A stretch of 64,000 bases of DNA from a virus. The notes under the pieces are model-generated. The model saw only the letters and a program-made list of their open reading frames with translations, searched no databases and was not told the origin of the DNA. The DNA lies in IMG/VR virus record IMGVR_UViG_3300045594_000099, positions 1-64,000 of that record; one strand, written 5' to 3'. Below, in pieces: positions 26,750 through 35,440 of the stretch. The first letter of the stretch is position 1. Every line of letters starts with the position of its first letter. The translations under genes were made by a program, and so were the position numbers.

Positions 26750-27688
26750 ATGTCAACTACGTTAAAAGATCTGCAAGCATTTATAGACGACAATCTTGAT
26801 AAAGTAATTCATAGAGGAATAGATTGCAAATATACTGACGACAAGCTGCAATTCAAAGACGATGAAAATCTGTACGATATTTCGCCTGTTGCAATATCAG
26901 AACTTTCTGCTATTCTGCATTTGCCAAACAAGTATATAGAATCTATCCCTTCAGATTTGCGTACGATGAACATCATGTATTTCCTGATGCGTTTCGAAGG
27001 CAATCTTACATTCTCTATCTCAGGCAATGCGATTTCAGAAGTCATTGAATCAGATAACATTCGTCCTGTCGACAGCATCATTTCAGAGCTTTCAGAAGTG
27101 TTTGATGCAAATGAAGTCAATGTCATTCAACCAGAGATTGACAACAAGCACATCTCAATGTGGATTTATTTTGCAGACGAAGTTGCTACTTCTAAGTTCG
27201 GTGCATTCAATCAAGGCTACAATCTTTATATTGGAACAGACAAGAAAGATTCTGTGTATTGCAATCCTATTCTTGTCAATCCACTTGAAGAAACAGCTAT
27301 TGAAGTATTGGTCGATGACGATGATGAAGTAGACAATTCGTCTATAACAGAAAAAATTGAATACGTCATGTTATTCAAGAATGTCTTTGATGCGCTTAAT
27401 CTAGCTTCTGAAAATAGAATAGAAGACATCAATGTATTCTTCAATATCATGTCTTCCGGTTTTCGTATGACTTCTAAAGCTAAGAAAGCTGTACTAGAAG
27501 AATTGCAATTGTCAGATGCTTCTACTATATCTGATGCAATAAAAGCTTCATTGTCTGCAGAGACTAGAATGAAGAAGCTTTCAGATGTCAAGTCTATCGC
27601 TACATTCATAGGAAAGTATTCTGAATTCAAGAACCCGAAATTCTGCTCTGAATGCGGACAGCCGATCATTGAGGATGTGAATCTTTGA
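26750..27688 (+). CDS. Hypothetical protein, possibly DUF932-like, with C-terminal zinc ribbon
   Basis: ISPVAISELSAILHLPNKYIESIPSDL resembles the DUF932 a..QL...lgiP..Y block; C-terminal FCSECGQPI. Confidence 0.35.
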   Translation: MSTTLKDLQAFIDDNLDKVIHRGIDCKYTDDKLQFKDDENLYDISPVAISELSAILHLPNKYIESIPSDLRTMNIMYFLMRFEGNLTFSISGNAISEVIESDNIRPVDSIISELSEVFDANEVNVIQPEIDNKHISMWIYFADEVATSKFGAFNQGYNLYIGTDKKDSVYCNPILVNPLEETAIEVLVDDDDEVDNSSITEKIEYVMLFKNVFDALNLASENRIEDINVFFNIMSSGFRMTSKAKKAVLEELQLSDASTISDAIKASLSAETRMKKLSDVKSIATFIGKYSEFKNPKFCSECGQPIIEDVNL

Positions 27689-28686
27689 AGCTAGCAATAC
27701 TGATTACAGAGAAAGACTCAGAAGCATCGCTTGTCAATATCGTCAATGATGCTATGCATGTCAACAACGCTAAGACATTCGTAGTAGATGACGGGTCAAG
27801 AATTCCAATTTCTATAGAAGGCAATAGCAAGCTAGCAGTTTTCAGACACGATAAGAACATTGGCTATGGAGCAGAAATGAACTTTCTGCTTGATTGCATA
27901 AAGTATGACGATTTCGATTATGTCATGTTTGCAGAAGCAGATGACAGAATAGACTATGTCAATCTAAACAAAGTCTTGCAAAAAGTCAGCAACTTGCCAT
28001 GCTACTATGACATGATCAAGTGCTCGTATTACAAGAGACAGACACCAGAAAGTGAGTTTTGCATTCCAGAATCTGAATTAGCTTTCTATGAAGATGGTCT
28101 TCTGAAGAACAAAGACATTCCTATGATGTTAGATCATCATAATGCTATCTGGTCTATTCTTTATTCTTCTGCATTTATAGAGAATCATAGTTTTGTAGAG
28201 GCTAAAGGTGCTGGATGGGTAGACATACCTTTTGCGTATGATACTTTGCTAGATGCTGATGCTGTATACAGAATTGCAACACCAATCTACAAGTATACAT
28301 TGCATAACGTCACTAATTCATCAGATGTTTTCGATGCATCTACTCCATTTGCAAGATTGCTAGATGTTCAGAAGATTTTGTTTGATGAAGGCATAGACAA
28401 CATTCCTGTAGAAGTTCTATGGTGCTATATTCATCAAATTCTGAAAATGATAGATCTTTGCTTCTATAACAAACGAAAGCTTTCTGAATATCAAACCAAC
28501 AGATTTGCTATCTATCAATGCATGAACTTCATATACAGCATCATGAATGACAGATCATTTGCTAGCATATTGCGTGTCTTCAAGAATGACAGAAGTCTTC
28601 TTGACAGTGTATCTTCAGAGCAGATAGCTATTTTAGACGATTTCAACAAGAACGGCAATATAGACAAATGGATAAGCAGTCTTTAA
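27685..28686 (+). CDS. Glycosyltransferase family 2 (soluble)
   Basis: LAILITEKDSEASLVNIV...TFVVDDGSRIP (GT-A DDGS); FAEADD (DxD-like); TTG start overlapping previous stop. Confidence 0.65.
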   Translation: MKLAILITEKDSEASLVNIVNDAMHVNNAKTFVVDDGSRIPISIEGNSKLAVFRHDKNIGYGAEMNFLLDCIKYDDFDYVMFAEADDRIDYVNLNKVLQKVSNLPCYYDMIKCSYYKRQTPESEFCIPESELAFYEDGLLKNKDIPMMLDHHNAIWSILYSSAFIENHSFVEAKGAGWVDIPFAYDTLLDADAVYRIATPIYKYTLHNVTNSSDVFDASTPFARLLDVQKILFDEGIDNIPVEVLWCYIHQILKMIDLCFYNKRKLSEYQTNRFAIYQCMNFIYSIMNDRSFASILRVFKNDRSLLDSVSSEQIAILDDFNKNGNIDKWISSL

Positions 28687-29147
28687 GAAAAGTCTTAGAA
28701 GCATTTCAGAATGATGCTGGTGCATCTGAAACAGAGAAAGAGTTAGCGACTAGACTTCTTAAGACTATTCCTAAACTGTCTATTGTAAGTGAAGACAAAT
28801 CAGTAGACATAGCTTTCGACATTGCGATGTCATCCGACCTAAGAATGGAAATAGCTAAGATTGCTTCTTCATATGGCTGTGTCATAGTATATGATAATGA
28901 TACGACGTACATAAGAGGAAGACACAATCAAGCTGTCGCTTTCAAGTACATAGTAGACAATGCTTTGTCTTTATGCAAAGATATCGATGATATAGACGTA
29001 GCGATAGCTGTTCTTAGAAAGATAGGCGAATCTAAATACAGTATCGTTGCATCATTGCCAGACGTAAAAGACTGCAATGTAGAATATGTGAAGACGAAGC
29101 ATATCGGAAAACGAAAAATGAACAAAGCTGATAAGCTACTTTCTTAA
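28668..29147 (+). CDS. Hypothetical protein
   Basis: 159-aa ORF, last gene of this cassette. Confidence 0.55.
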   Translation: MDKQSLRKVLEAFQNDAGASETEKELATRLLKTIPKLSIVSEDKSVDIAFDIAMSSDLRMEIAKIASSYGCVIVYDNDTTYIRGRHNQAVAFKYIVDNALSLCKDIDDIDVAIAVLRKIGESKYSIVASLPDVKDCNVEYVKTKHIGKRKMNKADKLLS

Positions 29148-29172
29148 TAGTTTTATATTATATCATCTGTAT

Positions 29173-29201
29173 TTTACAAACTTTATCAAATGGTATATAA
29201 T
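29173..29201 (+). promoter_or_regulatory. Conserved cassette promoter (TTTACA-17-TATAAT)
   Basis: gtATTTTACAaactttatcaaatggTATATAATATAA. Confidence 0.75.
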
Positions 29202-29240
29202 ATAAATATAAAGATAAATCAATCAATGAAAGGAAAAGCA

Positions 29241-29873
29241 ATGAAAACAGCTATCGTACCAAGGCATCCGTTTACAGAGGTTTCTAGCAGCAGTATAAAA
29301 GCTTGGGTATCAGAAGCTTCTAAAGAAGATGTTCTTCAAGAAGTTTCAGAATACAATGACAATCTAGAAAAATTCGAAAAAGCGGTAGTTAAAGCTGATA
29401 GAAGCGATGCTTCTGTAAAGACATACTCTGATGCATATGTTCATGCATCTAAGCTTGCAGCATATTTCAATGCTGCATTGGACAAAATCAAGAATATCGC
29501 TATTCAAATTGGCACTTTTGAATCTGATGAATATAGTCTGAAATTCTCAGTCGAAGGTGGCAAAGAAAAAGCTAGAGAGTATGATCTAGATGCTCTTAAG
29601 AAAGACCATCTAGATGTATACAGAAAAGTCACATTCAAGAATGGCAAGCCAATGCTTAAAGCAGATCGCAAAAAGCTTGATGATGAAGCTGACAGATTGA
29701 AGGCAGAGCTTCAAGAAGTCAATAAGAAGCTTATTGAGGACAATGCCAACAAGCAAGTCTATGTGAATGAGCAACTTTTTGACAATGCTGTAGAATCTGA
29801 TCCGGATATTGCTAATTACAGGACAATCAAGTACGGATCTAAGCGTTTCCAGGTTCGAGAGCTTAAGGATTGA
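29241..29873 (+). CDS. Hypothetical coiled-coil protein
   Basis: ATG 29241 (MKTAIV) after aaaggaaaagca; tracked start 29190 lies inside the promoter. Confidence 0.55.
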   Translation: MKTAIVPRHPFTEVSSSSIKAWVSEASKEDVLQEVSEYNDNLEKFEKAVVKADRSDASVKTYSDAYVHASKLAAYFNAALDKIKNIAIQIGTFESDEYSLKFSVEGGKEKAREYDLDALKKDHLDVYRKVTFKNGKPMLKADRKKLDDEADRLKAELQEVNKKLIEDNANKQVYVNEQLFDNAVESDPDIANYRTIKYGSKRFQVRELKD

Positions 29874-29876
29874 GTC

Positions 29877-30425
29877 TTGCTTCTGTCAGATACTTCTATC
29901 AAAAGAATCAATGCTATTGAGCCATTCAATGAAGACAATTTGCAAGCAGCGTCATATGATTTGACATTAAGCGACGTATTCATTGTTACAGATGCAGAAA
30001 TATTATGTCCTGGAGATGCAAGTCTTACAAGGAAATGCTATTCTACTAAATTAGTAACGCATCAGTACAAGCTCATGCCAAACGAATTCATCTTGTCATC
30101 TACTATTGAGAAAGTAAGCATTCCCAATAACATCGGAGCAAGATTCGAAGGCAAATCGTCTCTTGGCCGCATCGGCCTAGCTACGCATATAACTGCTGGC
30201 TTCATTGACCCTGGCTTTGAAGGCAATATCACTCTTGAGATAAAGAATGAAGCATCGTATCCAATACTTCTCACTTGTGGGATGAAGATAGGACAGATAT
30301 GCTTCTACTATATGGATGAAGCTAGTTCTGAACCGTATGGAAGCACTAGCAAGTCGCATTATCAAAATCAGTTTTCAGCAACTAGTTCGTGGTACGTATC
30401 TAGTTTTACAAAGCAGCATAAGTAA
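29877..30425 (+). CDS. dcd: dCTP deaminase (Dcd family)
   Basis: MLLSDTSIKR..IEPFNEDNLQAASYDLTL; EGKSSLGRIGLATHITAGFIDPGFEGNITLEIKN. Confidence 0.9.
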   Translation: MLLSDTSIKRINAIEPFNEDNLQAASYDLTLSDVFIVTDAEILCPGDASLTRKCYSTKLVTHQYKLMPNEFILSSTIEKVSIPNNIGARFEGKSSLGRIGLATHITAGFIDPGFEGNITLEIKNEASYPILLTCGMKIGQICFYYMDEASSEPYGSTSKSHYQNQFSATSSWYVSSFTKQHK

Positions 30426-30470
30426 TATATAATTATATTAAATAGTTTTATTATGAATATGGAGAATAAT

Positions 30471-30944
30471 ATGAAGGTCTCAGAGGAATTCAGACAAGCT
30501 ATTGATAAGCCAGAAGGCAATATCAGAGTATATTTTGCTAATTCGTGGTTCAATGAAAATAAAGCAAAAGCTTCTGATTTAGGTTTCGATGTTCTAAAGA
30601 AGTTCGATGTGGAAGTATTCAATCCGCGTTTTGATTCTCCACAAATTGGAAAGAATCCAACAGAAGCTGAACGACAAGCTAATTTCGATGCAAATCTTTC
30701 TGCTATGCGAAGTTCAGATGTTCTTATCGCTTCTACAGAAGGACTTGATTCTGGCACTATCTGGGAATGCGGCTATGGTTCTGCTTTAGGAATTCCAACA
30801 TTTGGTTTTGCACCATTGCTTCCAGAAGGTGTGCCATTCAATCTAATGCTTGCACAATCTATGAAGCATATCTTCCTTTCAAGCGAAGCTCTTGCTTCTT
30901 ATCTTAAAGATGGCAAAGAGCCTGACAGGATTGGTGCTTGCTAA
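30471..30944 (+). CDS. Nucleoside 2-deoxyribosyltransferase-family protein (NDT / Rcl-like)
   Basis: RVYFANSWFNENKA (Y.AG..F motif) and LDSGTIWECGYGSALGIPTFGF (D.GT..E.G.A); start at ATG 30471 after ggagaataat, tracked ORF opens at 30453. Confidence 0.75.
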   Translation: MKVSEEFRQAIDKPEGNIRVYFANSWFNENKAKASDLGFDVLKKFDVEVFNPRFDSPQIGKNPTEAERQANFDANLSAMRSSDVLIASTEGLDSGTIWECGYGSALGIPTFGFAPLLPEGVPFNLMLAQSMKHIFLSSEALASYLKDGKEPDRIGAC

Positions 30945-31483
30945 TGTTGACTGATGAAGACATTGTAGATTCAGTAATCGATGCTGCGAATGAGATTAGT
31001 GGACAAGCTTATGTAGTCAGATACAATGGAAAGCCAACTTTGCATAGGCAGAATCTTTATGAGCATCATGGATCTGTAGCTCAGTTGCTGCTGTTGCTAT
31101 TCAAAGTCTATGATGTTCCAGAATTCGAGCAATTGAATGCTTTGAAACGTGCTTTGACGCATGATTTGCCAGAGATATGGCTTGCTGACATCCCATTCAA
31201 CACTCATGTAGACAATCCGCATTTTTCTGAAGCATATGACTATTCTGAGCAGAAGATACTGAATAGCAAGCTAGAAAAGTTCGACTATTCAGTATCCAAG
31301 TATGGCAGAGTGTGGCATTTAGTGAAAGCAGCAGATTGCTTAGATGTAGTCCTGTTCTGCAAGCAAGAGTTCAATCTTGGCAACAAGTCAGATACAGTCA
31401 TGTCTATGTATAAGCAGGATGTAGAGCTAGCTGCAAAGCATTTAAGAGAATTGGATAGCAATTATGCAAGATTTGAAAAGTAA
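30938..31483 (+). CDS. HD-domain 5'-deoxynucleotidase (YfbR-like)
   Basis: RQNLYEHHGSVAQLLLLL ... ALKRALTHDLPEIWLADIP parallels YfbR E-H-s..vA ... HDasE..tGDlP. Confidence 0.7.
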   Translation: MLMLTDEDIVDSVIDAANEISGQAYVVRYNGKPTLHRQNLYEHHGSVAQLLLLLFKVYDVPEFEQLNALKRALTHDLPEIWLADIPFNTHVDNPHFSEAYDYSEQKILNSKLEKFDYSVSKYGRVWHLVKAADCLDVVLFCKQEFNLGNKSDTVMSMYKQDVELAAKHLRELDSNYARFEK

Positions 31484-31925
31484 ACTTCAGTTCAACAAGC
31501 AAGTGCTAGACGCTAAAGCATCTCAGATCGATGAGATGGTAGAGTCTGTAATAAAAGACGTCAATGACGGAAAGAGCTTCAAAGATGCGTCTAATCAATA
31601 TGGCAAGTCACCATACAATGTAAGACGATTCGTAAAAGCGTATCTTTTCAAGCATGATCTGTCTGCTAATGACATCTTCAAAGACAATAAGAAGAGCATT
31701 GGCGGCAAGTACCATAAAGAAGACATGCAAGAGCTTATCGACAAGGTTTCAGAAATCGCTGAATTCATAAAAGAAGGCCATACTATTGCAGATGCTAGCA
31801 AAGCGTTCAATGTGTCTGCTGTCACTATCTACAAGTATCTGACCATTCTGCTTTATGTCGATCCTGTCGCTGGAGCAGAGTACAGGACTATGACAGACTC
31901 GCATAGATTCGGCATCAGAAAATGA
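31464..31925 (+). CDS. Tandem helix-turn-helix DNA-binding protein (possible small terminase or regulator)
   Basis: Two similar HTH units: GKSFKDASNQYGKSPYNVRRFVKAY and GHTIADASKAFNVSAVTIYKYL; lies 0.8 kb upstream of the terminase ATPase gene. Confidence 0.35.
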   Translation: MQDLKSKLQFNKQVLDAKASQIDEMVESVIKDVNDGKSFKDASNQYGKSPYNVRRFVKAYLFKHDLSANDIFKDNKKSIGGKYHKEDMQELIDKVSEIAEFIKEGHTIADASKAFNVSAVTIYKYLTILLYVDPVAGAEYRTMTDSHRFGIRK

Positions 31926-32143
31926 GCACGGAGATAGTATTTGAAGATGAAAGCAAGCCATCACTTCTATCTTATCATTTTGAAGAAGACAGCAATGGTA
32001 ATGATGTCCTTGTAGTAGCAGATTCTAATGGCGAAGTCAATGATATGCGATTCTTATATCCTGAAGACGTATTAGCATTCTCTTGTGTGCTGAAAGATGC
32101 TTATGCTGACTTCAATAACAGAAAGGCTCTGTCAGATGAATAA
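31922..32143 (+). CDS. Hypothetical small acidic protein
   Basis: 73-aa ORF coupled by ATGA to the previous gene. Confidence 0.45.
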   Translation: MSTEIVFEDESKPSLLSYHFEEDSNGNDVLVVADSNGEVNDMRFLYPEDVLAFSCVLKDAYADFNNRKALSDE

Positions 32144-32525
32144 GTCTTGGGGAGTAGTAGTGTCGTTTGACACTAAGCTTATGTCTGGATCTGTCAATGT
32201 AGCTAGCGGTTATGTTACAGCATTTATGGCTGTCAATACTAGCGTCATCAGAATTCCACAGCCTGGAGAGCTATGGAAGCTAGACTATGACAATGGCTCA
32301 TATTCATTCGATTCGCCATTTGCGAAAGACATGAGCGAAGATGTCAGAATACTTCAAGCAGGAGACACACTCATATCTACGCCAGAGATAATGAGCATAA
32401 AAGCTAAAAGGCTTGATCTGAAAGACGGCAATGGCGACTTGCTTGATGAGATAGACGGAACAGTCTCAACTAGCAGGATGCCAAAGCAATGGCTGATCGA
32501 TCTGATAAAAGATGTGATTAAGTAG
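32136..32525 (+). CDS. Hypothetical protein
   Basis: ATG 32136 (MNKSWGVV) after gaaagg, overlapping previous stop. Confidence 0.5.
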   Translation: MNKSWGVVVSFDTKLMSGSVNVASGYVTAFMAVNTSVIRIPQPGELWKLDYDNGSYSFDSPFAKDMSEDVRILQAGDTLISTPEIMSIKAKRLDLKDGNGDLLDEIDGTVSTSRMPKQWLIDLIKDVIK

Positions 32526-32737
32526 TGCTTGTAGAGATTGGCGACATGAAACTTACTCCGAAATTCCAGTGCTTTGATTCGTATGGCCCATTCGTTCTGA
32601 AAAGAGATGCTATAGAGGCATGCGCCAATCTTACTTCTGATTTAGCTGTGGCGTATGAGCAATTGCAAGCATACAAGTTGCAGAATGACATTCTTGTTGC
32701 TAGGCTTTCACGTTTAGAAAGAAATATGAATCTATGA
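32525..32737 (+). CDS. Hypothetical small protein (GTG start)
   Basis: 70-aa ORF filling the gap to the terminase gene; overlaps it by ATGA. Confidence 0.45.
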   Translation: MLVEIGDMKLTPKFQCFDSYGPFVLKRDAIEACANLTSDLAVAYEQLQAYKLQNDILVARLSRLERNMNL

Positions 32738-34341
32738 AAAGCAAGATGCTTGATTCTTTACTGAATGCTGTCACACCAGAATCTATAATAGCTAACTCGT
32801 TCAAGAGAAGCACTTCTCCATGGAATGACGACCCTATGGAGTTCTTCGAATCAGACAAGTTCTGCAATATGAAGCTGTATCCTAGACAGAGACTGATGCT
32901 TAAGCTATGGAATCTGCAATTAGATGACCTGTCTGATTATGAGAAGAAGACTCTTGACTCATGGAGAGCTTCTTTCTCAAATGATCAGTATACGATAGGC
33001 GTCAATGAGGACATATATGAAAGAATAGCCATTCTGAAGAAGAACGGCTACTTGTGGTTCAATACGATCATTCCGATTCTTGGAAGACGAGCATCCAAGA
33101 CTATGATGTCTGGTGCTCAGCTATGCCTTCAAGATGCTACTTTGATGTGGGATGGCATACCATCTGTCACTGTAGATGATGCTGGCGAGGGTGAAGACAA
33201 AGATGACTCTACATATTCGTTTGTAATTGCTAAGACGCAAGGCCAGGCTAAAGAGACTACGTTCGCAGCTCACTATAATGCAGTAATGCATTGCAAATGG
33301 CTAAAGCAATACATTGAAAGAGCTACTCCGTTCGAGATAAGATTTCAGACGTTCGATGACAGAATGCAATCTATCGATCTAGTAAGTCAGGGAATGCCGC
33401 TTGAAAAGCCAATCTCATCATTTGTAGCAAGGCCTGTGTCATCCGATTCCGATTCTATACGTGGTAGAGCTTGCGTATCTCCAGATTCGTATGTGCTTGA
33501 CTATCAAAGACATTGGGTTCAGCTTAGCACTATTCATCCTGGAAGCAGAATACTTGCTTTTCATGAGCATGAACCGTATTCATTGACAGAAGCTGTAGTT
33601 CTGAACATGTGGAAGACGAAGAAGGAATGCGTAAGACTGCATGTCTCTAAGAATGTCAATATGCCGTTAGTCTGCTCCATAGACCATAAGGTTCAGATGA
33701 ACGACTGGTCTTGGAAAGAAGCAGGAGCTCTGTCTAAAGGTGACATAGTTCGTACAGCTGACAGCACTAAGACTGTTCTTGAAGTCGAACATGTCGGAGA
33801 GCAAGATCTGATAGACATGACTACTTCTTCGCATACGTATCTTGCTAACAACATTCGATCTCACAACTGCGTATCGCTTGCTTATGACGAGATCTTCTTT
33901 GCTAATGCTGGGCAGTCGTCAAGATCTGGCGACAGAGGCGTCAAAGCAATGCAGCCAGCTTTGCAGCAGTTCGGCAAATACAAGCTGATGCTTTTCCCAT
34001 CTTCTCCATGGACTAGAAATGGAGTAGTGTACGACAAGTACTTGCAAGGTAGAGAGCATGTCAAAGAGTACATTGAGAAATACGGTCTATCAAGCAAAGA
34101 GAAAGATGCTCTAGACAAAGACATTGAGCATACTAAGAAAGCTATCATAACAGATCCCACTATTTTTGTTGCTCAGTTAGAGTCTTGGAATCTTTATGAA
34201 GACTTCGACAGTCAAGCATATGTTCCGACATACTATTCTGGCTTCAAAGCGAAGAAGCTTGTCATAGATGACAATGGCCATAAGACTGAAATAGTCGCCG
34301 ATACTAATGCTGTTGAAGGAGATTATGTCTATGTAGAATGA
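32734..34341 (+). CDS. Terminase large subunit, ATPase half only, interrupted by a mini-intein
   Basis: Walker A-like ILGRRASKTMMSG; SIRGRA/(intein)/CVSLAYDEIFF (Walker B); FPSSPW; ends soon after ESWNLYED with no nuclease domain. Confidence 0.8.
   Translation: MKSKMLDSLLNAVTPESIIANSFKRSTSPWNDDPMEFFESDKFCNMKLYPRQRLMLKLWNLQLDDLSDYEKKTLDSWRASFSNDQYTIGVNEDIYERIAILKKNGYLWFNTIIPILGRRASKTMMSGAQLCLQDATLMWDGIPSVTVDDAGEGEDKDDSTYSFVIAKTQGQAKETTFAAHYNAVMHCKWLKQYIERATPFEIRFQTFDDRMQSIDLVSQGMPLEKPISSFVARPVSSDSDSIRGRACVSPDSYVLDYQRHWVQLSTIHPGSRILAFHEHEPYSLTEAVVLNMWKTKKECVRLHVSKNVNMPLVCSIDHKVQMNDWSWKEAGALSKGDIVRTADSTKTVLEVEHVGEQDLIDMTTSSHTYLANNIRSHNCVSLAYDEIFFANAGQSSRSGDRGVKAMQPALQQFGKYKLMLFPSSPWTRNGVVYDKYLQGREHVKEYIEKYGLSSKEKDALDKDIEHTKKAIITDPTIFVAQLESWNLYEDFDSQAYVPTYYSGFKAKKLVIDDNGHKTEIVADTNAVEGDYVYVE
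33472..33867 (+). mobile_element. 132-aa mini-intein (no endonuclease domain) in the terminase ATPase just before Walker B
   Basis: Cys1 CVSPDSYVL (33472); block B SIDHK; block F/G DLIDMTTSSHTYLANNIRSHN followed by Cys+1 (33868). Confidence 0.8.
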
Positions 34342-34348
34342 CATAGAT

Positions 34349-34377
34349 TTTACTTTCTTATAGAAGTGTTATATAAT
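34349..34377 (+). promoter_or_regulatory. Conserved cassette promoter (TTTACT-17-TATAAT)
   Basis: taGATTTTACTTTCttatagaagtgtTATATAATATAA, 8 bp after the terminase-ATPase stop. Confidence 0.75.
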
Positions 34378-34408
34378 ATAATTACAAAATAAAAAACAAG
34401 ACAAAGGA

Positions 34409-34885
34409 ATGACAATGAAATACAAGAAAGCATTGCTAGCAATTACGAATATGCTTAACTGCGTAGCAGAAACTGACACTAATCCGAACATTTCGTTTAG
34501 AGTGCATTTCAAAGACAAAAAAGATGACAAAGCGCTTAATGACATAAATCAAGCACTAGTCAATCTTGGACTTGATATGTATTCATGCGTATTTGTAGAC
34601 AAGAGCTACTGGAAAGCAGTATGCGCTGATACGTCTAACAATGTGCATATCAATGCAAATCTTGACTTCGATCTACCCGAAGAAGAATGGTCTGACGATG
34701 TCAAGGAAGACGACAGGAAAGCTAAGAGACTTGCTTCAAAATCGTATCTGTCTAAAGAGCAAGAAGACGCTCTCGAAATCATTCGAGACATAATCAGCAT
34801 TGGCATCAGTCCAGATGATGCTGCAAAAGTGCTAGAAGCTTTGTCTAAGAAATACGACATCAAGAAGAAAGAGAACAAGATTTGA
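34409..34885 (+). CDS. Hypothetical protein
   Basis: 158-aa ORF after acaaagga. Confidence 0.55.
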   Translation: MTMKYKKALLAITNMLNCVAETDTNPNISFRVHFKDKKDDKALNDINQALVNLGLDMYSCVFVDKSYWKAVCADTSNNVHINANLDFDLPEEEWSDDVKEDDRKAKRLASKSYLSKEQEDALEIIRDIISIGISPDDAAKVLEALSKKYDIKKKENKI

Positions 34886-35178
34886 AGATAAGTTCTGGAC
34901 GAAAAAGGCTACGAAGCGACATAGCAAAGAGAATCTACTTCGATGCAAGCACATCTTCAGACATCAAAGAAGACTTCAGCAAAGTCAAGCCGCTAATTCA
35001 AGCATCTGTGCAACATGACTACACTAACATCAGCAATCATTTCAATGGTCAGCCATTCAAGATCAAATTCTGCAAGACTTGGGTAGAGCATCATTGTCTA
35101 GTAGTGATGTTCGCAATTGGATATACAGATGAAGCTAATGACGTGCTATACAGAAAGCAAAGTAGGAAAACGCTTTGA
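34882..35178 (+). CDS. Hypothetical protein (TTG start)
   Basis: 98-aa ORF translationally coupled to neighbours. Confidence 0.45.
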   Translation: MKISSGRKRLRSDIAKRIYFDASTSSDIKEDFSKVKPLIQASVQHDYTNISNHFNGQPFKIKFCKTWVEHHCLVVMFAIGYTDEANDVLYRKQSRKTL

Positions 35179-35426
35179 TTACAGATAAACACGAAAGTTT
35201 CGAATCAATAGAATACAATAATCTTTATGGATACGTAAAGAAAGATAAAGTTCCTATTAGCATTGATTTTGACAAAGATGAAATCGTCTATGCATACAGG
35301 TACTTTGTTTTCGTATTTGTCGGTACAATCATACGAATAGGCAAGAAAAGAGTTGGCTATTCTACAAGAGAAGAAGCTATAGACAGTTTCAAGAAATACG
35401 CTTCTGTTGAAGGCTTCAAATACTAG
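35175..35426 (+). CDS. Hypothetical protein (TTG start)
   Basis: 83-aa ORF; aggaaa-5 nt-TTG. Confidence 0.45.
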   Translation: MITDKHESFESIEYNNLYGYVKKDKVPISIDFDKDEIVYAYRYFVFVFVGTIIRIGKKRVGYSTREEAIDSFKKYASVEGFKY

Positions 35427-35440
35427 AAAGATTTGATATC

